Source: Octopus sinensis
Lineage: Eukaryota
Assembly: GCF_006345805.1 (NCBI RefSeq)
Contig: NC_042998.1
Location: forward strand, 12,400,001 to 12,464,000
Length of the DNA: 64,000 bases
Reading direction: 5' to 3'
Part shown: positions 1-13,200 of the stretch, piece after piece
Layout: every line of letters begins with the position of its first letter
Numbering within the stretch: the first letter of the stretch is position 1
The notes under the pieces: generated by a model
The model's input: only the letters and a program-made list of their open reading frames with translations
Database searches by the model: none
What the model was told of the DNA's origin: nothing
Position numbers and translations under genes: made by a program

Positions 1-180
1 AGCCAGAATTTGGTGGGAGGGCAGAGTATGAGTGGGTTACATCGATCCCAGTGTTTTACTGGTACTTAATTTATCGACCCCAGTGTCGCACTGGTACTTA
101 ATTTATTGACCCTGGAAGGATGAAAGGTAAAGTCAACCTCGGCGGAATTTGAACTCAGAACATGTGGCAGACGAAATACC
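1..180 (-). mobile_element. SINE family A variant, 5'-truncated, with duplicated core and alternative tail
   Basis: Reverse strand carries gttctgagttcaaattccgccgagg (B-box-like) and cctttcatccttcc...ataaattaagtaccag. The core segment gataaattaagtaccagt is duplicated. The tail differs from the full copies. Confidence 0.8.
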
Positions 181-411
181 TGTTTATTTATTACCCACAA
201 GGGGCTAAACATAGATGGGATAAACAAGGACAGACAAACGGATTAAGTCGATTACATCGACCCCAGTGCGTAACTGGTACTTAATTCATCGACCCCGAAA
301 GGATGAAAGGCAAAGTCGACCTCGGCGGAATTTGAACTCAGAACCTAACGGCAGACGAAACACGGCTACGCATTTCGCCCGGCGTGCTAACGTTTCTGCC
401 AGCTCGCCGCC
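180..411 (-). mobile_element. tRNA-derived SINE family A, full length (~230 bp)
   Basis: Reverse strand reads ggcggcgagctggcagaaacgttagcacgccgggcg...gagttcaaattcc...tttagccccttgtgggtaataaata. Close match to copies at 9246, 14003, 34440, 40530 and 55624. Confidence 0.92.
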
Positions 412-570
412 TAGTTTTTCCGAAGATTATGATTGGTTTTGCGCTGAAAATTTACTGGAAGGAATGAATTCCATCCACGCAGTAAATACATGAGTGATAA
501 CATCACTTTGGTATGAAGCTGGAATCATAAACTGGGAAATGTAATGCGTTGATCAATATGGATAGCAATA

Positions 571-1085
<515 letters not shown>

Positions 1086-1963
1086 AAAATCATTGACATT
1101 GGACAGGGAATTTCATCACAAGAGTGACACTGATCGGTCCAGAAGAAAGAGTGGGAGAAGTTTGACCAGCTGAATCAGCAGAAAAGAATATATAGAAAAT
1201 GTCGTCGAACCATTGTTGATGCATGTGAAGGAGTATGGGGTTATTCAACCAGAATATTGTTTTGAGAAAGAAGAAATGAAAGAAGGGAAAAGGAAGAAAA
1301 GGAAATAGCATAGAGAGAAAAAAATGTAGCGTCAATTTGCAAGAGACAAGCTGAAAGAGAGATACAGAAGATCTGTGGTTATGTATGTGGAGGAGTTATT
1401 TGTAAATAGAAACAAAAGGGTTTATATGCACAGCACAAGAAGAAGCATTGGGGGTAGAGTATGTGAAGTGCAGAATTGGTAAAAGAATGGAGAGCAACAA
1501 ACGCAGATGTGTGATGTGAGGGGTAAAACAGTGTCGCCCGAAAGTGGCACAACGTGAATACATAAAGCAAGATGGCAATGTGGCAAGAATGATCCATTGG
1601 CGGTTTTATGGAAATTATGGCCTAGAGAGATCAAAGACGTGGTATAACCAAATCCTAGGGGCAGCTACTGAGAATGAGGATTGCAAAATCCCGTGTGATG
1701 CAATGATTCAGTGTGACTATCAGATTTCACAGCAAAATTTGTCGTTGTTGCGAACAGAAAAACAAACAAAACACTTGCTTGATTGCTGGCATAGCATGCC
1801 CTGGTAACAAGAGGATTGAAGAGAGAAAAGGAATCAAATTGAACAACTATGGTGAATTAGATTGAAAAATATGCAGGTATTGGACTGGAAAATGGAGAAA
1901 GTAGACGTGATGCCAATAGTGATTGGTGCACCTGAAATCATCAGTTCTCAACAACGAACATAT

Positions 1964-2375
1964 ACTCTCTTTTACTCTTTTACTTGTTTCAGTCATTTGA
2001 CTGCGGCCATGCTGGAGCACCGCCTTTAATCGAGCAACTAGACCCCGGGACTTATTCTTTTGTAAGCCCAGTACTTATTCTATCGGTCTCTTTTGCCGAA
2101 CCGCTGGGTAACGGGGACATAAACACACCAGCATCGGTTGTCAAGCAATGCTAGGGGGACAAACACAGACACACAAACACACACACGCATATATACACAT
2201 ATATATATATATACGACAGGCTTCTTTCAGTTTCCGTCCACCAAATCCACTCACAAGGCTTTGGTCGGCCCGAGGCTATAATAGAAGACACTTACCCAAC
2301 GTGCCACGCAGTGGGACTGAACCCGGAACCATGTGGTTGGTAAAGAAGCTACTTACCACACAGCCACTCCTGCGC
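1964..2375 (-). mobile_element. SINE family B, full length
   Basis: Reverse strand: gcgcaggagtggctgtgtggtaag...gggttcagtcccactgcgtggc...gactgaaacaagtaaaagagtaaaagagag. Splits the R4/Dong C-terminal coding remnant. Confidence 0.93.
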
Positions 2376-2667
2376 TTATCTCAAAAATATTGGAACGAAT
2401 GTGAAGATGGAACACTTACAAACATCCTCATTGCTCAGAACTGCAAGAGTCCTTCGCACGATTCTTGAAGCATAATCAATAAACAATTTTCACCATAGTA
2501 TGGTGGTGGTGGTGGTGGTGGTCAGTTGACACTTTCCATCATATTCGGAAAATAAAGAAGAGATTATTCATGATACATCAACAACTACAAAAACAATAAC
2601 AATATTTCTTTCTACTTTCTAATTTCTCAAGGCCTGAAATATTCTGGGGAGATGGCTAATCTATTAC

Positions 2668-2757
2668 ATGAGAGGCAAAGTTGACGGTGGAATTTGAACT
2701 CAGAACGTAGAGACGGATGATATGTCGTTAGGCATTTGGCCCCTTGTGCTAACGGTT
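2668..2757 (-). mobile_element. Old fragment of a SINE family A head
   Basis: ggcaaagttgacggtggaatttgaactcagaacgtag...ggcatttggccccttgtgctaacg aligns by eye to the family A 5' region. Confidence 0.65.
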
Positions 2758-2767
2758 ATCAAAGCTT

Positions 2768-2808
2768 AATGATAATAATAATAATAATAATGATAATAAT
2801 AATAATAA

Positions 2809-2839
<31 letters not shown>

Positions 2840-2848
2840 ATTAATAAT

Positions 2849-2894
<46 letters not shown>

Positions 2895-2940
2895 TTAATA
2901 ATAATAATAATATTAATAATATTAATAATAAAAATAATAA

Positions 2941-2972
<32 letters not shown>

Positions 2973-3044
2973 ATAATAATAATAATAATAATAATATTAA
3001 CAATAATAATGATAATGATAATAATAATAATGATGATGATAATG

Positions 3045-3087
<43 letters not shown>

Positions 3088-3096
3088 TAATAACAT

Positions 3097-3153
<57 letters not shown>

Positions 3154-3173
3154 TGATGATGATGATGATGATG

Positions 3174-3252
<79 letters not shown>
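2768..3252. repeat. (TAA)n microsatellite array, ~480 bp, with TGA/TAT variants
   Basis: Read directly. It produces the poly-I, poly-L and poly-Y ORFs in the track. Confidence 0.99.
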
Positions 3253-3253
<1 letters not shown>

Positions 3254-4113
3254 GATGGCAAGAAAAGCCCCTCCATGGTAAATACTGGACTAAACTAAAC
3301 GCAAAAAAATAGACAAAGAAAAATCCCAGCAATGGTTGAGAAGCTCAGGACTCAAAGCAGAAACAGAGGGATTTTTAATTGCAGCAGACGACCAAAGCCT
3401 CCCCACCAGAAATTACCTAAAATATGTAATGAAAAGAAATATAACAAGTAACTGCAGAATATGTGATGGACAAGAAACAATAAATCATATTATCTCTAGC
3501 TGCCCAGTCCTGGCTAAGAAGGAATATATTCACAGACATGACAGAGTTAGAACCTACATACATTGGAAGCTATGCAAACATTATGGAATAATAACAGAAA
3601 AAAGATGGTATAGGCACACACCAGAAAAGGTCACAGAAAACGAAAAAGCAACCATACTCTGGGATATGTCGATACACACAGATAGAGAAATTAAGGCCAA
3701 CCGACCAGATATAGTTGTCAAAGATCATGAAGAAAAAAAATCCTTTCTAATTGATGTATCAATACCGGCTGATGACAACGTGTCTCTAAAAGAAATGGAG
3801 AAACTCTCAAAATACAAAGACCTGGAAATAGAGGTAACTAGAATGTGGAATCTGAAAACAGAAACAATTCCTATCATAGTAGGTGCATTAGGCATGATAA
3901 AAAAATATTCAGACAAATACATAACAAAAACACCAGGACTTACAAACACATATAACATACAGAAAATTGCACTACTAGGCACTGCACACATCCTACGCAG
4001 AACACTCTCCATACAATAACCATCAGAGCATCACAACAAATCACAGCACATACCCAAGGCACACAGAGCTGCGCTCGGTAGTGAAGTGAAAGCACGCTAT
4101 AAAAATAAAACTA

Positions 4114-4116
<3 letters not shown>
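3251..4116 (+). mobile_element. R4/Dong-clade LINE 3' end (family D2): CCHC knuckle, REL endonuclease and 3' UTR, flanked by (TAA)n on both sides
   Basis: ORF 3336-4019 has GLKAETEGFLIAA, CRICDGQETINHIISSC (CCHC-type knuckle), RHD, RPD-x13-D (IDVSIP), EKLSKYKDL and GTAHILRRTL. A ~100 bp UTR is followed by (AAT)n. Confidence 0.93.
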
Positions 4117-4188
<72 letters not shown>

Positions 4189-4195
<7 letters not shown>

Positions 4196-4396
4196 TCTAT
4201 GTAATCTCAAGGTTTAAAACAAACATAATTTTCGTTTTTGTTTAGACATTCACTAGTACAAAACAAAAAATTCCCCAAATATATGGCCCACTAGGCATAA
4301 CAACAACATGAACTTCCAACCTGTTGTCTCTTGAGGTCTCTAGGTGAGACTTGGAGCCAACTTGTACAAATATAAAGCAAAAGTCAACATGTAAAA
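4189..4396 (+). mobile_element. Heavily 5'-truncated copy of R4/Dong family D3 (stop codon and 3' UTR only)
   Basis: aatactttctatgtaatctcaagg...gtacaaatataaagcaaaagtcaac is near-identical to 5735-5945. Embedded in (TAA)n. Confidence 0.92.
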
Positions 4397-4468
4397 TATA
4401 ATAATAATAATAATAATATTAATAACAATAACAATAATAATAATAATAATAATAATAATATAATAATA

Positions 4469-4517
<49 letters not shown>

Positions 4518-4518
<1 letters not shown>

Positions 4519-5950
4519 CGAGAAACAGGATCGAAGCGATCAATGTATTAGCCTATACCAGTCGTGACTTACAGTTTCAATATCGTTAACTGTCAATTAC
4601 TGAAATATGTAATCTTGACAGAAAAATACGAAAACTGTTGACAATGCATAGAATGCACCACCCTAAGGCAGATACAGAACGACTTTATCTGCCAAAAAGA
4701 GGGAGGCCGTGGACTTTTACAACTGGCAATAACAATGAAGATTGCTACAATTGGCCTAGACACCTACCTGAAAAACTCTGAGGACTGGATGTTAAAACTT
4801 GTCTCAAAGCATGAAAACAAGAAAGCATCATACTCAGTAACAAAACAGGCAAAGGAATATCTAAGTGAATTCCGAATACAACAAATTTCGGAATTAGAGA
4901 TAGACATACAAGAAACAGCACAGAAAAAGCTAAGCGCATGAAAACCCGTGCTAAATCTGCGGCCTTAGATATTCTGAATGATAAATGGCAAGAAAACCTC
5001 TCTATGGCAAATACCCAAAGAGAGCAAATAATGCAGATGTTGACAAAGCCCTGACCCATCAATGGCTAATGGCCTCTGGCTTAAAATCTGAAACAGAGGG
5101 GTTTATCATAGCAGCTCAAGATCAATGCCTACCAACAAGAAACTACCAGGCCAACATATTAAATATCAGAAACAGTCCAACGTGTTGTGTATGCAAGCAA
5201 CAAAATGAAACCATTGACCATGTGGTCTCCAAGTGCAGTCTTCTAGCGCCTACAGAGTATCTCAACAGGCACGATAGAGCTGCACAATATATTCACTGGG
5301 TAATCTGCAAAAACCTGGATTTGCCCCATGAAAAAAGCTGGTGGGAACACAAACCATCCCCAGTGCTTGAAAATGACCACATCTCACTCCTCTGGAACTT
5401 CACCATTCAAACTGACAGAAAGATAGATGCAAATAGGCCAGACATCATATTGAAAGACTTCAAACAAAGAACATGCCTCCTCATTGATATGACTGTCCCA
5501 ATCGATATAAACGTATCTGTCAAGACCTACCAAAAACTGAGCAAATATAAAGATCTTGAAATAGAAATCAGCAAAATGTGGAACCTGAAGACTAAAACAA
5601 TACCTGTTGTCATAGGTGCCCTGGGAATGATAGCGAAAGGGGCTGATTTCTACCTAACTCAGATACCAGGAAACCCCAAAATGGCAGAAATTCAAAAGAT
5701 AGTGCTAATGGGAACTGCTCATATCCTACGCAAAATACTTTCTATGTAATCTCAAGGTTTAAAACAAACATAATTTTCGGTTTAAAAAAAAAAAAAAAAT
5801 TTTTAGACATTTATTAGTACAACCCCACCCCAAATATATGGCACACTAGGCATAACAACAACATGAACTTCCAACCCTGTTGTCTCTTGAGGTCTCTGGG
5901 TGAGACTTGGAGCCAACTTGTACAAATATAAAGCAAAAGTCAAACATAGA
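4518..5950 (+). mobile_element. R4/Dong-clade LINE 3' 1.4 kb (family D3): RT thumb, CCHC, REL endonuclease and 3' UTR
   Basis: Frameshifted RKIRKLLTMHRMHHPKADTERLYLP...GGRGLLQL. ORF 4985-5749 has GLKSETEGFIIAAQDQ, CCVCKQQNETIDHVVSKC, RHD, RPD, KLSKYKDL and GTAHILRKILSM*. (TAA)n on both sides. Confidence 0.93.
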
Positions 5951-5997
5951 ATGATAATAATAATAATAATAATAATAATGATAATAATAATAATAAT

Positions 5998-6198
5998 TCA
6001 GAGACATTTTGAGCGGGATGGACTACTCGACAAGAAGAAAATTCTAATTGGGCCCTACCTGCAAGGTCATGTGCTGTTTATCTTGATATGAGATCACCAT
6101 GTCGCGCACATTTGGTTTTAATGCATGTGCCTGGTGTACCCTTATCAGACGGGTATTCATGATGGGTGTATTTTACCAATATTCGTATATTTTACCTC
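5998..6198 (+). mobile_element. Probable 3' fragment of another interspersed retroelement inside the TAA array
   Basis: Non-microsatellite 200 bp block (...RDILSGMDYSTRRKF* then gagatcaccatgtcgcgcacat...cccttatcagacggg) directly after (TAA)n. Resembles a common octopus repeat tail from recall only. Confidence 0.45.
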
Positions 6199-6250
6199 TC
6201 GTGCTAACGGTTATCAAAGCTTAATAATAATAATAATAATAATAATGATA

Positions 6251-6309
<59 letters not shown>

Positions 6310-6325
6310 TGATAATAATGATAAT

Positions 6326-6410
6326 ATGAACTTCCAACTTGTCTCTTGAGGTCTCTGGGTGAGACTTGGAGCCAACTTGTACAAATGTAAAGCAAACGTC
6401 AAGCATAAAA
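6326..6410 (+). mobile_element. Extreme 3' fragment of R4/Dong family D3
   Basis: atgaacttccaac...gtctcttgaggtctctgggtgagacttggagccaacttgtacaaat matches 5865-5945. Flanked by (TAA)n. Confidence 0.9.
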
Positions 6411-6430
6411 TAATAATAATAATAATAATA

Positions 6431-6493
<63 letters not shown>

Positions 6494-7081
6494 CCAGAAG
6501 AAGAATAACAACAATAGTGACAACGACAACGACAATAATAGCAGCAGCAACAACAACTGTTCCTGTAATAATTTATACTTATAATAATATTATGAACAAG
6601 TGAATGCTAGATGAATTTGCAAGTCTGCACTTAAACCAAGTAAACTAATCCTTTTAACCGAAGCTTCAGTATAGACACACTACATTTAACATGAATACTG
6701 GAATGTAGAATCTTTCTGCAACTATGAATTTGTTATATAATATCTAATGCAGCACCACAAATTTATTTAGTGAAGGATAAACGCAATCTAATATAAATTG
6801 TTACAGGAAAGGAACAAAATAATATAGTTTTCTCTCTTGAAGTAAGAAATGAAAAAAGAAAAGAAAATTTTGTAAATCAGAGATTGACTTAACAAACAAC
6901 TTTGAGGCGGATGGATAAGCAAATTAGAAATTACTGAAGAAAATAAAAAAAATGAAAATGAAAAAGAAACTGAAAGTAAAAACTTATTGCCAAGGTTAGG
7001 ATTCCAAGCTGAGTCTACAGGATTTTGCTTATAACGTAAGAAGTAAATATTTCAGTAGAATGAAACAGAAATATACAAGGA

Positions 7082-7477
7082 CTAGCAGTATCGCCCGGCG
7101 TTGCTCGGGTTTGTAAGGGAAATAACTATATAAGCATTTTTAGAGAGTTATAGACAAAAAATAGCAAAAAAAATGCATTAAAAATGGAAAAAAAATATGG
7201 TAAATATTTTTTAAAATCGTTGACTCATCGTAGACATTTTTAGAGAGTTACTTCCCTTTACTAAAAACCAATATGCATTAAAATGGAAAAGAATGATGGT
7301 AAATTATTTTTAAAATCGTAGACTCATCGTAGACGCGCGCTAATACCCAGAAGGGCTCGATATGAATCACGACTATAAGATACCCGGTTTTGGTTAAACT
7401 GCATCGCAAAATGTGGAAGTAGTTAGGAATCTAAATCGGAGTAGACAGACACACAACCTTTCTTTTATATATAAAGA
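7082..7477 (-). mobile_element. Non-autonomous Helitron with ~100 bp internal tandem duplication
   Basis: Reverse strand starts A|TCTTTATATATAAAAG and ends with hairpin CCCGAGCAACGCCGGG, then CGATACTG CTAG|T. Inserted at an A|T site with no TSD. The unit catttttagagagtta...gactcatcgtaga occurs twice. Confidence 0.88.
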
Positions 7478-7827
7478 TATCTCATTGGTAGTAAATGTGC
7501 GCCTACACACACAAAAACGCACGCACATATTCATACACACAAACATATTTTCATCCACTAGTAATCTTTCGTTTACCAAATTCAATGAACCCAAGTAGAT
7601 TATAACTCAATATCCAAGCATGTTAACAGCCCAATACTCATCTCTCTCTCACTCTATCTACACTATTCGTCTCTTTCTCCTTGTATATTAACATTTTTTT
7701 GCTAGTTTTTTCTCTTCTTCTTTTTAACATTTAGATACTGCAACGTTTTATTCCCTAAGCTAATTGTAGGCCTTTTATTTACTACTTGTTGTTCATTGCT
7801 CTTGATATCTTTGTTTTATCTCATTGT

Positions 7828-7931
7828 TACAGCAACAACAGCTACTACTACCAATACTACTACTACTACTACTACTACTACTACAACAACAACAACTACT
7901 ACTACTACTACTACTAATACTACTACTGCTA

Positions 7932-7967
<36 letters not shown>

Positions 7968-8054
7968 ATGATGATGAAGATGATGGTGATCATGATGAAT
8001 TACTACTTCTACTACTATTAATGCTGCTGCTGATGATGATGGTGATAATGATGA

Positions 8055-8110
<56 letters not shown>

Positions 8111-8189
8111 TACTACTACAACTACTGCTGCTGCTGATGAGGGTGATAATGATGAATTACAACAACAACAACAACAATAACAGCAACAC

Positions 8190-8232
<43 letters not shown>
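7828..8232. repeat. Compound trinucleotide array (ACT/AAC/GCT/GAT)
   Basis: Read directly. Confidence 0.97.
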
Positions 8233-8233
<1 letters not shown>

Positions 8234-8237
<4 letters not shown>

Positions 8238-8440
8238 GTTTCAGTCTTAGGACTGTGGCTGAGTTTACAGCCTTGCAGTGTTTTAGTCGAACGAAGGCAT
8301 CACCAGAACTTTTTTTTAAAAAAAGGTTGATTATTACACTATCGGGAGCTTTTGCTGAACCGCTAAGTTACGAGTACGTAAACAAATCGACATTAATAGC
8401 GGTGGTTGACAAACACAGTCACAAATACACACAGACTTAG
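8234..8440 (-). mobile_element. Old 3'-half of SINE family B
   Basis: cttgtttcagtc...cttttgctgaaccgctaagttacg...gacaaacacagtcacaaatacac parallels the family B 3' half. Confidence 0.6.
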
Positions 8441-8453
8441 ATATACCCTCACA

Positions 8454-8895
<442 letters not shown>

Positions 8896-9245
8896 AAACT
8901 TCAGCTGTCCTTTTTTCTATCCGTATCATGTGTAATATACATAATTACTTATGTGCAATGTGACTTGAAATGGATTCTTACATAAACAATTGCAACCGAT
9001 ATTAAAATCATACCGATGCTTATTATTAGTTTTCTCTTTGAATCTGCTAAAATTCGTAAAAACTCGTTCTATCAGTGATATGTACCGGGAATTCTCGCAG
9101 CTATGGATTCTATTTTTATAAATCCCAAAGATTTTCAGTTCTTTTAATTTGTATTAATTTTTTTTACTACACCAAAGATATTAACCTAAATACTATAGTT
9201 TCGACACAGACATTTCTGTTCGCAGATTTATATTACTCTACACAA

Positions 9246-9477
9246 GGCGGTGAGCTGGCAGAAACGTTAGCACGCCGGGAGAAATGCGTAGCCGTATTTC
9301 GTCTGCCGTTACGTTCTGAGTTCAAATTCCGCCGAGGTCGACTTTGCCTTTCATCCTTTCGGGGGTCGATAAATTAAGTACCAGTTACGCACTGGGGTCG
9401 ATGTGATCGACTTAATCCGTTTGTCTGTCCTTGTTTGTCCCCTTTGTGTTTAGCCCCTTGTGGGTAGTAAAGAAATA
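9246..9477 (+). mobile_element. SINE family A, full length, ~20 bp TSD
   Basis: TSD tatattactctacacaaggc at 9229-9248 and 9478-9497. Has A-box-like tggcagaaacgttagc and B-box-like gagttcaaattcc. Confidence 0.95.
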
Positions 9478-9964
9478 TATATTACTCTACACAAGGCTCA
9501 TCTGTCATAGCTAAATGCCTAACATTCCACCAAGAAAGATAAATATAACGATCGTTGATAACCGCGTGACAAAAATGATGGCAGAAGATATAGAGAATTT
9601 TGGTTTTAAGGAAACTCGCAAAAATCAATCAGATTTTTTTTAAAAGAGGGCAGTACACAAAGTAAATGGCTTTTTTTTTGGATTACTTTAAATTCATGTT
9701 GAAGTAAGGAAAAGAGCAAAAGAAAAAGAAAAAGACAGATGGAAACGAAACATATCACTATATCTGCAAATATTGTCATTTCTATAACCGACGATTTTGT
9801 CGAAAGAGGCTAGGTGAAAAGGTATTGAAATCATACTGTTGCACGTATACATACATACGTAATACGTGCATGCATACAGACAAATACACGCACAGAAACA
9901 CACACGTATTGTTGCTTAACAGATGGATTGTTCGTAAGAGGAAGGGAAAAATAATAGAATTTCC

Positions 9965-10022
9965 ATAGAATATATATTTATATATAAATTAATATAATAT
10001 AATATATATATACATATATGTA

Positions 10023-10103
<81 letters not shown>

Positions 10104-10265
10104 GATATATGTATATGTGTGCGTGTATGCATGTATATATACAGATATATATATATGTATATATATATATGTGTGTGTATGGATACACACACACACACAC
10201 GTATGTATATATATATATACGTATATACATATATTCCCAGTGATATTCTACAGCTGTTATAAGTA
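9965..10265. repeat. (TA)n/(TG)n/(CA)n compound microsatellite
   Basis: Read directly. Confidence 0.97.
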
Positions 10266-11102
10266 AATATAAATATAAAATGCAGTAATGTAATAATTTC
10301 ATGACGGGCTCTCCACATTGTTGGAAGAAACTATAAAATTCAATGCACTAAATATAAATCTCATCATTTACATTTACAAAATAGTAATAACAACAAAAAC
10401 AGGAACTGTTATTTCTGTAATGCCATGCTTCGTCTTACTTGGAAAATTTTCTTCTAACATCTCCTTTTGTATAGATGTCTATTGTTGTCACTATTATTTA
10501 TTGATGGTCAATTCGTCTTTCTTCCTAATTGGTTTCTCCGGTATATTTCCAATATAACATTCTTGTGGTTTACGTTTATATTTGTTAGTTTCGTATTGGT
10601 TTTACTCGTATCTATTGTTATTTTGTTTCCATCTATATGTCCCTCGTTTTCTATTTTTCAACTCATACCTTCTATTTCAATGTCTGTCGATAAATTATGT
10701 TTCCTAATCACTCGAAATTGGTCGGCTATTCTTTATTCTGTTGCTTTGAACAATCATTTCTCTTGCCAAGTTTGGAACATTATTTTTCAATATCCTTTAA
10801 CTGGAATGTCATACTGAGTAATATATTAAATCAGAAAATATAGCATTACAGTACTTTTATATTTATGCTTTTGTCACATTTTTGTCTTCAGCATTTTCGT
10901 CTTTAGATTGAGACTACTTTTAAAAGGTCTCCCTGTAGAAATGCAAGCCTTTGTGAAAAACTTCAACGCTATTCTAACAGGTGATCTACATTTAATTTTC
11001 ACAAATATTGTATCTCAATAACATGCAAATGTTAATACAAGCTTTCACTGGAAGTTCCAATCCACAGTCTAAAAATCTGTTATTCATATATATAACGTAT
11101 CA

Positions 11103-11310
11103 CCATGATAGATCTTTAGCCACTAGACAGATCTTTTTCTCTCCTTGTTTCTCTTTTGTTTTTTCTGTGTCCCTTTCTGTAGAAGAGCGTAGGCTCGAAA
11201 CGCAAAATACTTTTTTCTATTCCTGAGCGTTATACTAATACATCTGTTTGTTTTGTACACCACCTGTCTTCGTCTTTTGTTCTTTTCGTAAAATCTCCCT
11301 GTATATATAT
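11103..11310 (+). mobile_element. Interspersed ~210 bp repeat, probably a Penelope-like element (PLE) terminus, with a hammerhead-like motif that has a non-canonical core
   Basis: Near-identical to 53598-53810. Contains ctgtagaa-GAGC-gtag-GCTC-GAAA-cg (11177-11203) and ends at (TA)n. Confidence 0.7.
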
Positions 11311-12826
11311 ATTGTTTATTTCATTGTATTGGCCATAAGGCCTTACACAGAGAAAGGAAGCTGCGGGCTGAAATGAAAATGAAAATGAAAATGATGATTA
11401 ATGGGGAAAAAAAACGACGCCCGCCGATCGATTTTTCCCGAGGACATTGATCTCTTGTATATTGTTCATGAGACAACAAACCTCTACACTATTCCCAATA
11501 TTTATTAACAAAAGGAACCTTCAATAACACTGAGGCTTTCCAACCTCTTATCCATATTCCTCCTCAACATCGCTTGTGTCCGCATCCTCCACCATCACCC
11601 ACGCTGTCTTTCACCTTGTTGGAGATCTCTTCCATTTTGAACTGAGATAACCACTGTACTTTCACGATCATACGTTTCAGTTCCAAATGTTTTTCATCAG
11701 TGACGGGGAACATAACTTTCTCTAATCACATTTTATACGCTCTTTTCCGGGATTTTGCTTTATTAGGCTCGCTTCTGTAGTAATATAGTTTTTTTGTAAT
11801 TTGCAGACCATCTTCTAATCTTTGTATTTGTAGTTGAATAATCTTCGCTGTGGGCATTTTTCATCCTGCTTCATAGTGAGATATTTGCCATACAAGAGTC
11901 TTTTATTTGGAAATTCGGCCTCATTAACGCAATTGTGACAATACATATTTCGCATATCATTCATAAAAGGAGCTGTGATATTTGTGAGTCACAAACATAA
12001 CAGTTTTTATCGAGACTAAGGGACTGCTAGTAAAGGGTAAAGAGACCTTTTCCCCTTGGTGTACATCCAAGCCATGTATGGGCGATTTTATCTCTTTTGA
12101 CAGTTTTTGCTGCTATCATGAGCCTGACATGGAGTCATTAGTAGAAATACTAATAAAGAAATACTATTTCGATGGACATTAACTCATCTGAGAATATCCG
12201 TATTTTGATAGGTGTTGCTTTCTCTTCTGCAGAGTGTTCGAGTGCAAAGAAAGATACCTTCCTCACAGAGCATGGCTTGTAGGGCTGTCGGCTTAGTTAG
12301 TCACCAACGACCCGACTTCAGTAGTTATTGACCTGATATCATCAGTTACATCGCAGCGATTTTATGGCTCTTACCAAGCTGCTAGTGAAGAAGCCAATGT
12401 CACGTACAGGAGAAAAGAGAAGAAAGGGGGGAAGATAGGAATATGGATTTCCTAGTGCGACTTGAGTGCCTCTCATTCTCTCATACTCGATATTGTCGAG
12501 GCGTTGGGTGAGTATTGACATCGGGTGGGGGGAGAAAGGAGAAAATTATTTCCTCTGGAAAGCAACAACGATAACAAACGATCAAGACAGCAGGATATCC
12601 ATAGTTACACCACCATTGTTCCCATCACTAGAAACCTTACGGGGATGTTCCACATACCTGCTGTTGGATCGCCTGAGGACGCCGAAGTCAATGGGAAGAT
12701 AACAGTTTTTTTAGAAAAAAAAAACTACGAGACCATGAAATGTAGAACTAACATGAGCATAAGAGTTACTAGAAAACGGGAAAATTCGATGGGGAATATT
12801 CCGGCGGGACTCGCTTTCGCCGTTAC

Positions 12827-13130
12827 ATTCTTCTTGTTTTTGTTCTTGTTCTTGTTCTTCTTGTTCTTGTTCTTGTTCTTCTTCTTCTTCTTCTTCTTCT
12901 TCTTCTTCTTCTTCTTCTTCTTCTTCTTCTTCTTCTTCTTCTTCTTCTTCTTCTAGCTCGTCTTCTTCTCCTCTTTTTCTTCTTCTTCTTCTTCTTCTTC
13001 TTCTTCTTCTCCTCCTCCTCTTCGTTCTTCCTCCTCCTCCCCCTCCTCGTCCTTGTTCTTCTTCCTCCCATTCCCCCTCTCACATACTCGAACACACACA
13101 TAGATACACAAACGCACATACACACACACA

Positions 13131-13188
<58 letters not shown>

Positions 13189-13200
13189 TATGTATATACA
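12827..13200. repeat. (TTG/TTC)n-(TCC)n polypyrimidine tract followed by (CA)n
   Basis: Read directly. Confidence 0.98.

Noticed and set aside
10300-12450. Possible GIY-YIG or LINE remnants in unique-looking DNA
   Set aside because: Only weak, fragmentary motif resemblance by eye. It needs a profile search.
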